Of a stretch of DNA of 64,000 nt, positions 25,730 through 34,033 are shown piece after piece. The stretch covers positions 17,570 to 81,569 of the forward strand of contig DATCZA010000011.1 in NCBI GenBank assembly GCA_036526135.1, read 5' to 3'. The stretch's first letter is position 1; every line of letters begins with the position of its first letter. The notes under the pieces are model-generated. The model searched no databases. It saw only the letters and a program-made list of their open reading frames with translations, and was not told the origin of the DNA. This DNA comes from Pseudomonadales bacterium (lineage in GTDB: Bacteria > Pseudomonadota > Gammaproteobacteria > Pseudomonadales > Azotimanducaceae). The translations under genes and the position numbers were made by a program.

Positions 25730-27181
25730 ATGTCTGATCGTAAAACACCCGGCAACCCGGCGACCTCGAAGGATCAGAGCGCTGATCGCCCGTTCGAGGA
25801 ACGGTCGACGGGCGACGCGCTCAGCGAAAGGCGCCGATCAATCACGGCGCAGAAGGAAGAGGCGCAGCACAGGCTCGACCAGCTGGAGGCCGAGGCCACG
25901 GCCGCCCGGCGCGAGCTGAGCGAGCTTGCCGCCCGCAAAGAGCATTTCAAGCTTCTCGAGCAGGCGGTGGCGGGCCTGGAAGCGCTCTCGGAATCCGGTG
26001 CTGCCGATCTCTTCTGGGGGGCCGACGCGCCATCCTCGATGCTGCGCGTCGAGGACGCCAGAGCGCGCATCGCCAGATTCAGCTCCGAGGTCGAGCAGGT
26101 CGAAGCCAAGCATCAGAAATTCGTCAGCGACGTCGCGATGCAGCAACAGGCTCAGGAGGATCTCGAATACGATCTCTTCCAGATCGAGCAGCAGGAAGAG
26201 AGCCGGCGCCAGGAGTGGCAGGTCGAGCGCGACGAAACCGTCCTTCCCGTGCGCCGCATCGCCATGCCGTGGATGCGCGGCTTCGAAGAAGACGAGCGCT
26301 TCAAGAAGACCCTGGCGGGGTCCACCGCAGCGGCGCTGCTGCTCGCGCTCATCATTCCTCTCATCGACCTGCCCATGCCGGAGAAGGAAGAGCTCGTGGA
26401 GGTCCCCGAGCGCTTCGCCAAGCTGATCCGGCAGCCACAGAAACCCGTGACGCCTCCGGTTCAGGAGCAGATCGCCGAGGTCGAGCCGGTCAAGCCCAAA
26501 GAGGTAAAGCCCGAGAAGGTCGTCAAGCCTCAGCCCAAGCGAGAGGTGGCGGTGCAGGCAAAGCCGGCGCCCAAGAAGAACGTGAACGCCGTGGGCATTC
26601 TGGCTTTCCGGAAGAACCTCTCGGATCTGCGTCAGAATCGGCCTTCGGCCAATCTCGGATCCAAGGCCCGGGTCAGCAACGCCGGCGACACCGCCCTGGA
26701 TCGTCCCCAGCGCAACATGGTCACCGCCCAGGGCACCGGTTCCAGCGGCGGCATCAACCTGGCCGACGTGAGCCGGGACATCGGCGGGGGCGGGGTCGGC
26801 CTGTCCGAGGGCGTGATGCTCACCCAGGCGGAGAGTTCCATCGGCGGCGGCGGGCCCGACGGCCGGCCGGGAGGCACCGGTGGCTTCGCAGGACGCACGG
26901 ATGAGGAAATCCAGATCGTCTTCGACCGCTACAAAGCAGCCCTTTATCGCCTATACAACCGCGAGCTCCGGAAGGACCCGACGCTGCGCGGTCAGATGGT
27001 CTTGCGACTGACTATCGAGCCCGACGGCTCGGTGTCGCTGTGCCGCGTGCAGTCCTCTGACATGGATGCGCCGAATCTGGCAGAGCGGGTCGTCTCAAGC
27101 GTTAGCCGCTTCGACTTCGGGCCCAAGGATGTCCCGCCAGTCACCATTCTCTACCCCATCGATTTCCTGCCCACCGCGTGA
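25730..27181 (+). CDS. Bitopic TonB-like protein with AgmX/PglI (GltG/GltJ)-type C-terminal domain
   Basis: About 195-aa cytoplasmic coiled-coil N-terminus, a single TM (..STAAALLLALIIPLI..), a Pro/Lys-rich linker (KPVTPPVQEQIAEVEPVKPKEVKPEKVVKPQPK), a Gly-rich stretch, and a C-terminal YRLYNRELRKDPTLRGQMVLRLTIEPDGSVSLCRV...VTILYPIDF resembling the AgmX/PglI C-terminal (TonB_C-like) family as I recall it. Confidence 0.75.
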   Translation: MSDRKTPGNPATSKDQSADRPFEERSTGDALSERRRSITAQKEEAQHRLDQLEAEATAARRELSELAARKEHFKLLEQAVAGLEALSESGAADLFWGADAPSSMLRVEDARARIARFSSEVEQVEAKHQKFVSDVAMQQQAQEDLEYDLFQIEQQEESRRQEWQVERDETVLPVRRIAMPWMRGFEEDERFKKTLAGSTAAALLLALIIPLIDLPMPEKEELVEVPERFAKLIRQPQKPVTPPVQEQIAEVEPVKPKEVKPEKVVKPQPKREVAVQAKPAPKKNVNAVGILAFRKNLSDLRQNRPSANLGSKARVSNAGDTALDRPQRNMVTAQGTGSSGGINLADVSRDIGGGGVGLSEGVMLTQAESSIGGGGPDGRPGGTGGFAGRTDEEIQIVFDRYKAALYRLYNRELRKDPTLRGQMVLRLTIEPDGSVSLCRVQSSDMDAPNLAERVVSSVSRFDFGPKDVPPVTILYPIDFLPTA

Positions 27182-27508
27182 CCGGCGAGCGCCCGCTCAG
27201 CGCGGGCCCGCCAGCAGCGCGCGGCAATCCAGCAGTCGTATGACTTGTGACGAATGCCGCATGGCGCAGGTGGACTCTGCTCCGGCTTCGACACGCGGGC
27301 TTGGAGACACGCTCAGGGGTGTGAAGGCGATCACCACGGGCGCAGCCCTGGTCGGCAATAGTGCGGTTTCGGGACAGCGCACCGCTAAGCGGTGCGGCAA
27401 CGAACGTAAGCCAGCGTGAGGCTCGCGACGGTGAGGCTTTCAAGGTCGAAGCGCACGGCAACGTGCGGGAAAGATACCTGCAGCCAAACCAAGCGGTGTC
27501 GTGGAGAG

Positions 27509-30500
27509 ATGTCGGCAAGTTCGAAACAAAACGTGAAGCGCAAGCTCGCTCTTGCGGTGATGAGCACCCTCGCCATGTGGGTGCTCGCCGCTGCACCGGC
27601 GTGGGCGGAGAAGTGCTCTGATTACGTCGATGGGATAATCGACGGAAACGCCGTCCCGGCCCCCGGACAGCTCACCGTGGACCGTGACTGCTACATTTCC
27701 AACTACGACCCCCTCGACACCAACATCACCTTCATTCACAACCTGGGCAGCTTCCTGGTCGTGTTCGACAACGTCCGCTTCCGCGGCAACATGTCGTGCG
27801 ACGACGTGGGCGACATTCACAAAGTCTGGTTCTCCGACTCGTCCTCCTACCCCGGCCGGCTGCCCAAATGCTATCGCCTGTGGGAACCCGTGGACGCGGT
27901 CGTCAAAGAGAACCCGCCAGGCCAGACGTTCGTCGTCATCGGCGTTCCGTTCACCTACACCCTGACCATGCCCGTCATGCCGGACGGAGGCCCGGACGTC
28001 CAGGATCTCTACGACCTTCGGATCGTCGACGACCTCACCGCGGGCGGCGCCGACCTGCGGCTGGTCGGCTTCACGAGCTCCATACCTGGTCTGGTGAACA
28101 CGGGCACGGATACGAACCTGGTTCTGGAACACCCTCGCGTGCCCGCCGGGGCGCAGCTGGTGGTCGAGCTCACCGTGGTCGCGGGGGACACGCCGCGCAA
28201 CGCGCCCGGAACCACCTTCACCAACTTCGCTGACTGGACCTTCTACAAGGATCTGCGAAGCGACGGCAGCCCCGTCTTTCTGCCCGGCGACTCGAGCGAG
28301 ACGCCGCCGCTGACCATCGCCGGCCCCGAGCTCACGTTGACGAAGACGGGCCCCGCCACGCTCAACCTGGGCACGTCGGGCGAGTTCACCCTGGACATCC
28401 AGAACGTCGGCAACAGCGACGCCTGGCAGGTGAACGTCGTTGACCTGCTGCCCGACGGCGCCAGCGGCGGCATGTGCGCATCGTCCCCCACGGTGACGAG
28501 CGCGCGGGTATTCGGCCCCAACGGCAACTCGCGGGTCCAGGGCAAAGGCTGGCTGGTGGAGGGCGTCGACTACTTCGTCTCGTTCACCGGCTCCCCGCGC
28601 TGCCAGTTCACCTTCGAGACCCTCTCGCCGGCCGGCGTCATCGCCCCGGACGAGCGCCTGATCATCACCTACGAAGCCGAGCTCGACCCGGACACTCAGG
28701 ACGGCGCGGTGCTCACCAACGTGGCGGGCACCCCCTCCTGGTACGACTCCGACGGCAGCGTTTCAGACCGGCACCTCTACACCGGCTCCCTGACCAACGG
28801 GACCGTCGGCGTGCTTGACAGCGAGGACGCCCACACGCTGACGGCCGAGCTTTCCGGCATCTTCTTCGAGAAGACGGTAGCCAACCTCAGCACCGGCGCG
28901 AACCCTACGGCCACGGCGGCCCCTGGCGATCGGCTGCGCTACACCCTGCGCGTGCAGACGACGGACAGCGCCCTCAACGCGTTCTCCATCGGAGACGACC
29001 TGGGCGCGCTGAACGCCAACGCCGTCTTCGAGCCCGGCTCGCTGGCTCTGGTGGCCAGCTCGATTCCTGCCGGGGCAAGCACCACGAACACCAATCCCAA
29101 CGGCGGGACCAACGGCACCGGGCTGGTCGACGTCAGAAGCCTGAGCCTCGCCGCCGGCAGCGAGCTGACCATTCAGTACGACGTCACCCTGGCGGACGCG
29201 CTGCTCGACGGCTCCGTGGTGTCCAACCAGGCCATACTTTCCGGCGGGTCACTTCAGGTCGACAGCGACGATCCCAACGTGAACGGCCAGTCGGACCCCG
29301 ACGTCTCCGGCGACGAGGATCCCACCCGCGTGCTCATCGAGGTCGCGCCGCCCGCCGCCCTGGTGAAATCGACGACCCAGCCCACCGTGAGCATCGGCGA
29401 GACGTTCACGTACCGGATCACCGTTCCGTCCGCACCCCATGGCACGCCGCTCTTCGACGTCCGGATCACCGACAACCTGGCAGCCGTTGCTGCCGACGTG
29501 GACTACGTGGACGTTTCCCGCGTCTCCGGCCCCGGATCCTGGACCCCGGTAAACACCGGTTCCGGAAACACCCTGGTGATCGAGGATACCGGCGCCGGCA
29601 TCGACATCCCGGCCGGTGAGCAGGTGGTGATCGACATTACCCTCAGATTGACGGACAGCGCTACCAACGTCGCCGGCCTGACGTTCGGCAACACGGCGGC
29701 CTACACGTACAACCAGCTCAACGGCGATGCGAGCAGCGAGCTCGACGGGCTTTCAGGCACCAGCGCGGACATGACCATCGTCGAGCCGCAGCTGACGGTG
29801 ACCAAGACCGGACCGGGGCTGATGCGCGTCGGGCCGCCCGCAACCTTCACCCTGGACGTTCAGAACACCGGCGGAGGCCGTGCGCATTCCGTCGAGCTCA
29901 CCGACGCCCTGCCGAACACCGCCGAGGGCGGCATGTGCGACGCAGCACCCGCAGCCTTCACCGCCCAGATATTTCAGGCAGACGGCGCCACCCCGGTGGG
30001 CCCGGCTCTCGCCCAGGGCGCGGATTTCAGCGTGAGCTTCTCCGGCGCGCCAGCGTGCACGTTCAACGTGGACCTGCTCAGCGCCGCAGCCACCATCGGT
30101 CCCGGTGAGCGGCTGATCATGACCTACCAGGCGCTCCTGGACGCTGACAGCCTGGACGACATCACCCTGACCAACGTGGCGGGCGCCACGGCCTGGTTCA
30201 GCGCGGCCACCAGCCAGGCCCGCGGCTACGCGCCCGAGCTGACCGACGGCTCGGCGGGGATCCTCGACCACGAGGACGAGCACACGATTCTTACCTTCTC
30301 TCCCCTGCTCTCCTTCGAGAAGACGGTCATCAACGTCACCACGGGGGAAAGCCCGGCGATGACGGCCAGCCCCGGAGATCGGCTGAGCTACAGCCTGCGC
30401 GTGATCAATCTGGGTCCGGAACCGCTGGACGATTTCAGCGTCGTCGACGAGCTGGACCGGCTGAACCGGAACCCGGCGTTTCAGCCGGGCACCCTGCAGC

Positions 30501-33500
30501 TCACGGTCGTGCCTGACGGGGCAACGACCGGGGGCACCAGCGCCAGCGGGGGCGCTGCGGGAACGGGATACCTGGAGGTGTCCGGACTGAGCCTTGCCGG
30601 GTCCGGGGGCACCATCGACATCGGCTTCGAGGTCGAGCTCGCGCCCGTGCTCGCCAATGCCAGCCTGGTGAGGAACCAGTCGCAGATCATCGCTCAGGGA
30701 TTCGTCGTCCAGGACAGCGACGACCCGAACAAGAACGACGTGGCAGACCCGGTGATCGTCGGGGACGAGGATCCCACCGAGGTGCAGGTGGAGTCCGCAC
30801 CCGCCTTCGACGTCGACAAGACCTCGACCTACCTGGACGGCGACCCCAACGTGCTGATGGCCGGCGAAACGCTGCGCTACACCATCACCGTGCAGAACGT
30901 CGGTGACGACAACGCGACCAACGCGGTGCTGCGCGATCAGATTCCTGCAAACACCGCCTACGTGGCGGGCAGCACCACGCTGAACGGCGCGTCCGTGGCG
31001 GACGTGGGCGGAACGACGCCCCTGGCCGCCGGCATGACCATCAGCTCGCCTGCCGACAGCGCAGCGGGCGCCATGACGGCGATCGCATCCGGCAGCCGGA
31101 GCAACGTAGCCGTCATCGAGTTCGACGTGGTGGTGGACGCGTCCGCCGTCGACGGCACCGTGCTCACCAACCAGGCCTTCCTTACCGCCACCGCCGGGAT
31201 CATCGACCAGCCCTCCGACGATCCGGACACACCGGTCGCGGACGACCCCACCCGGGACGTGGTCGGCAACCTGCCGCTCATCTACGCGGAGAAATCGGCG
31301 ACGCTGCAAACCGACGGCGGATCTCGCGGCGTCATCGATCCCGGTGACGTGCTCCGCTACACCATCAGCATCTACAACAACGGCTCGGCGGACGCGACGG
31401 ATGCAACGCTCACCGACGCGGTGCCGGTCAACACAACCTACGTGGCCAACACCGTCACGCTGAACGGCCAGCCCGTCGGTCGACCCGATGGGGGCTCGTT
31501 CCCGCTGGCCGGCGGCCTGCCCGTCAGCTCAGCCGACGTGAACCCACCGGTGCCAGGCCCCGGCGCCGGAACGATTACCGCCGGCGAGGTCGCCGTGGTG
31601 CAGTTCGACCTTCGCGTGGACGACGACCTCCCCACGGGGACGCTCATCTCCAACCAGGCCGTCGTGTCTACCGCGGAGGTCGTCGATCAGCTCACGGACG
31701 GCGACGGTGATCCCGCTACGGGGCCCGAGCCCACCGTGGTCGTCGTCGGTCCCGCGCAGCAGCTCAGCATCACCAAGCAGGCGGCCGTGGTGGGAGGCGG
31801 CGCGGCGCTGGCGGGTTCCACGCTCGAATATCTGGTCCGCGTTCGCAACGTGGGCCCGGTGCCCGCGATCGGCGTCAGCCTCGTCGACGACCTGGACTAC
31901 CCCACGGCGAACCAGCTCCAGATGGTGCCCGGCTCGGCAACCGTCAACGGGCAGTCCGTGGCCGCGACCGGCTCGGTGCTGGACATCGCCTTCGGCGACC
32001 TGGACGTGGACGGGACCATCACCCTGCGATTCCAGGCGACGCTCAGCGCAGGGCTAGACGCCGGCACCCGGGTGACCAACCGCGCCGTGGCAACCTGGAA
32101 CGTGAATCAGCAGGTCGAGGCCAGCGTGGCCGTGGACGTCGGCGGCATCGTCGGCGTCGGGGTCCTCAACGGTAGCGTCTGGCACGATGCGAGCTACGAC
32201 GATCAGCTCGACAGCAACGAGCGCGTGCTGGCCGGATGGACCGTGGAGCTGATGCGCAACGGTCAGGTCGTGCACACTACCCAGACCGGCACCGACGGCA
32301 CGTACCGGATCACGGGCCTCGGGCCCAACGCCGCATCCGGCGACAGCCTGTCCCTGACGTTCACCGCGCCCGGCGCGGGGCCCGGCACGGCCCTGCTGGG
32401 TCAGGCCAGCTCGGCAAGCTTCACCAACGGCCTGCAGCGCATCGACGACATCGTCGTGCAGTCCGGCAACAACCTGATGAACCTGGACCTCCCCATCGAT
32501 CCCAACGGGGTGGTTTACGACTCCGTGTCGCGCACCCCCGTTTCCGGCGCGACCCTGACACTGGTGGACGACGTCACCCGCGCGCCGCTGCCGGCCACCT
32601 GCTTCGACGACACGGCCCAGCAGAACCAGGTTACCCGTGCGGACGGCTACTACAAATTCGATCTGAATTTCTCGGACGGCGCCTGCGGCAGCGGCGCGAG
32701 CTACACCATCGAAGTGGCCGCACCCGGCAGCGCGTACACCACGGGCTACTCGGTGCTCATCCCGCCAACGGACCTGAACGCGCCGACGCCGTTCAGCGTG
32801 CCCGGTTGCCCGGGCTCCCTCGACGACGCGGTCCCCGCCACGGGCGAGCACTGCGAGGCTGGACCATCCGAATTCGCACCGCCCACCTCGGTGCAGGCCC
32901 AGAGCTCGGGCACCGCGTACCGGGTGACCGGGCTTGTGTTCGACACCAGGCGCCTACCCGGCTCGGCGCAGATCTTCAACAACCACATACCGCTCGATCC
33001 GATACTCGACGGCGCCGTGGCGATCAGCAAGACCACGCCCATGGTGAACGTCAACCGGGGCCAGCTCGTGCCCTACACCATCACGGTGACCAACACCTTC
33101 GGCGTTTCTCTGCAGGACGTGGCGGTGATCGACCGCTTCCCTCCCGGCTTCCGCTACGTGGAGGGCTCGGCGCGCCTGGACGGGGTGCCGGTGGAGCCGG
33201 CGATGGGCGAGCGCGATCTCGCCTGGGGCGGCCTCACCCTCGCTCCGGACAGCCAGCGCAGCATCAAGATGCTGCTCGGAGTCAGCGCGGGTGTCAGCGA
33301 AGGCGAGTTCGTCAACCGCGCCCAGGCCATCAATACGGTGGGCCAGATCAATCTTTCCGGCGAAGCCACCGCTACCGTGCGGGTGGTGCCCGATCCCACC
33401 TTCGACTGCACGGACGTCACCGGCAAGGTTTACGACGACGGGAACCGCAACGGCCGTCAGGACCTTGACGAGTTCGGCCTGCAGGGCGTTCGCCTGCTCA

Positions 33501-34033
33501 CCCCCCAGGGCCTGGTCGCCACGACGGACGAGCACGGTCGGTTCCACATCACGTGCGCCACCGTGCCGCGCGACGACCGCGGCAGCAACTTCGCGCTGAA
33601 GCTGGACGACCGGACCCTGCCAAGCGGTTTCCGCGCCTCCACCGACCGGGTGCAGATCAAGCGCGCCACCCGGGGTAAGGCCCTTCACTTCGAGTTCGGC
33701 GCTTCGATTCACCGTGTGGTGGGTCTGGAGATCGCCGACGGCGTGTTCTTCCCGGAAAGCAGCGAGATCCGTCCTCAGTGGAAGCACCGCTTCGAGCTCC
33801 TGCTCGAGGAGCTCACCAAGTCGCCCTCGGTGCTGCGGCTGACCTACCTGGCCGACGTCGAGGATCCGAAGCTGGTCAAGCAGCGCCTGCGCGTGGTGAA
33901 GAAGCAGATCGTGCGCAGCTGGCGGGAGCTCGACTGCTGCTACCGGCTCGAGCTCGAGGACGACGTGTTCTGGCGGCTGGGCGCGCCCGCGGGCAAGGCC
34001 GTGAATCGACGGGTGGATGGCGGCGATGAGTAA
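27509..34033 (+). CDS. Giant (2174-aa) secreted DUF11 / SdrD-B-like repeat surface protein (adhesin-like)
   Basis: ATG 27509 follows GGAGAG. Signal peptide MSASSKQNVKRKLALAVMSTLAMWVLAAAPAWA. Multiple TIGR01451/DUF11-type repeats (e.g. LTLTKTGPATLNLGTSGEFTLDIQNVGNSDA.., VDKTSTYLDGDPNVLMAGETLRYTITVQNVGDDNATN.., ISKTTPMVNVNRGQLVPYTITVTNTFG..). Recurring DSDDPN..GDEDPT linkers. Two SdrD-B/Cna-B-like units (GSVWHDASYDDQLDSNERVLAGWTVEL..TDGTYRITGL; GKVYDDGNRNGRQDLDEFGLQGVRLL..DEHGRFHI). Confidence 0.88.
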   Translation: MSASSKQNVKRKLALAVMSTLAMWVLAAAPAWAEKCSDYVDGIIDGNAVPAPGQLTVDRDCYISNYDPLDTNITFIHNLGSFLVVFDNVRFRGNMSCDDVGDIHKVWFSDSSSYPGRLPKCYRLWEPVDAVVKENPPGQTFVVIGVPFTYTLTMPVMPDGGPDVQDLYDLRIVDDLTAGGADLRLVGFTSSIPGLVNTGTDTNLVLEHPRVPAGAQLVVELTVVAGDTPRNAPGTTFTNFADWTFYKDLRSDGSPVFLPGDSSETPPLTIAGPELTLTKTGPATLNLGTSGEFTLDIQNVGNSDAWQVNVVDLLPDGASGGMCASSPTVTSARVFGPNGNSRVQGKGWLVEGVDYFVSFTGSPRCQFTFETLSPAGVIAPDERLIITYEAELDPDTQDGAVLTNVAGTPSWYDSDGSVSDRHLYTGSLTNGTVGVLDSEDAHTLTAELSGIFFEKTVANLSTGANPTATAAPGDRLRYTLRVQTTDSALNAFSIGDDLGALNANAVFEPGSLALVASSIPAGASTTNTNPNGGTNGTGLVDVRSLSLAAGSELTIQYDVTLADALLDGSVVSNQAILSGGSLQVDSDDPNVNGQSDPDVSGDEDPTRVLIEVAPPAALVKSTTQPTVSIGETFTYRITVPSAPHGTPLFDVRITDNLAAVAADVDYVDVSRVSGPGSWTPVNTGSGNTLVIEDTGAGIDIPAGEQVVIDITLRLTDSATNVAGLTFGNTAAYTYNQLNGDASSELDGLSGTSADMTIVEPQLTVTKTGPGLMRVGPPATFTLDVQNTGGGRAHSVELTDALPNTAEGGMCDAAPAAFTAQIFQADGATPVGPALAQGADFSVSFSGAPACTFNVDLLSAAATIGPGERLIMTYQALLDADSLDDITLTNVAGATAWFSAATSQARGYAPELTDGSAGILDHEDEHTILTFSPLLSFEKTVINVTTGESPAMTASPGDRLSYSLRVINLGPEPLDDFSVVDELDRLNRNPAFQPGTLQLTVVPDGATTGGTSASGGAAGTGYLEVSGLSLAGSGGTIDIGFEVELAPVLANASLVRNQSQIIAQGFVVQDSDDPNKNDVADPVIVGDEDPTEVQVESAPAFDVDKTSTYLDGDPNVLMAGETLRYTITVQNVGDDNATNAVLRDQIPANTAYVAGSTTLNGASVADVGGTTPLAAGMTISSPADSAAGAMTAIASGSRSNVAVIEFDVVVDASAVDGTVLTNQAFLTATAGIIDQPSDDPDTPVADDPTRDVVGNLPLIYAEKSATLQTDGGSRGVIDPGDVLRYTISIYNNGSADATDATLTDAVPVNTTYVANTVTLNGQPVGRPDGGSFPLAGGLPVSSADVNPPVPGPGAGTITAGEVAVVQFDLRVDDDLPTGTLISNQAVVSTAEVVDQLTDGDGDPATGPEPTVVVVGPAQQLSITKQAAVVGGGAALAGSTLEYLVRVRNVGPVPAIGVSLVDDLDYPTANQLQMVPGSATVNGQSVAATGSVLDIAFGDLDVDGTITLRFQATLSAGLDAGTRVTNRAVATWNVNQQVEASVAVDVGGIVGVGVLNGSVWHDASYDDQLDSNERVLAGWTVELMRNGQVVHTTQTGTDGTYRITGLGPNAASGDSLSLTFTAPGAGPGTALLGQASSASFTNGLQRIDDIVVQSGNNLMNLDLPIDPNGVVYDSVSRTPVSGATLTLVDDVTRAPLPATCFDDTAQQNQVTRADGYYKFDLNFSDGACGSGASYTIEVAAPGSAYTTGYSVLIPPTDLNAPTPFSVPGCPGSLDDAVPATGEHCEAGPSEFAPPTSVQAQSSGTAYRVTGLVFDTRRLPGSAQIFNNHIPLDPILDGAVAISKTTPMVNVNRGQLVPYTITVTNTFGVSLQDVAVIDRFPPGFRYVEGSARLDGVPVEPAMGERDLAWGGLTLAPDSQRSIKMLLGVSAGVSEGEFVNRAQAINTVGQINLSGEATATVRVVPDPTFDCTDVTGKVYDDGNRNGRQDLDEFGLQGVRLLTPQGLVATTDEHGRFHITCATVPRDDRGSNFALKLDDRTLPSGFRASTDRVQIKRATRGKALHFEFGASIHRVVGLEIADGVFFPESSEIRPQWKHRFELLLEELTKSPSVLRLTYLADVEDPKLVKQRLRVVKKQIVRSWRELDCCYRLELEDDVFWRLGAPAGKAVNRRVDGGDE

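Noticed and set aside
17218-27181. Interpretation of the TolQ/ExbD/TonB-like operon as an ordinary ExbB-ExbD-TonB uptake system or a Tol-Pal system.
   Set aside because: There is no adjacent TonB-dependent receptor and no tolA/tolB/pal/ybgF context. There are five extra secreted TPR/coiled-coil genes. The TonB-like C-terminus is of the AgmX/PglI type, with a large cytoplasmic domain. This interpretation is not fully excluded without phylogeny, which is listed as the refutation test for the finding.
27416-27438. Direct repeat GTGAGGCT-N7-GTGAGGCT, considered as a response-regulator binding site.
   Set aside because: There is a single occurrence, no regulator gene nearby, and chance 8-mer repeats are plausible in GC-rich DNA. 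I mention it only inside the leader finding.
27416-27508. Upstream start (27416) for the giant protein, adding 31 residues (MRLATVRLSRSKRTATCGKDTCSQTKRCRGE).
   Set aside because: The extension is basic and has no signal-peptide character. ATG 27509 is preceded by GGAGAG and immediately gives a classical signal peptide ending AWA.
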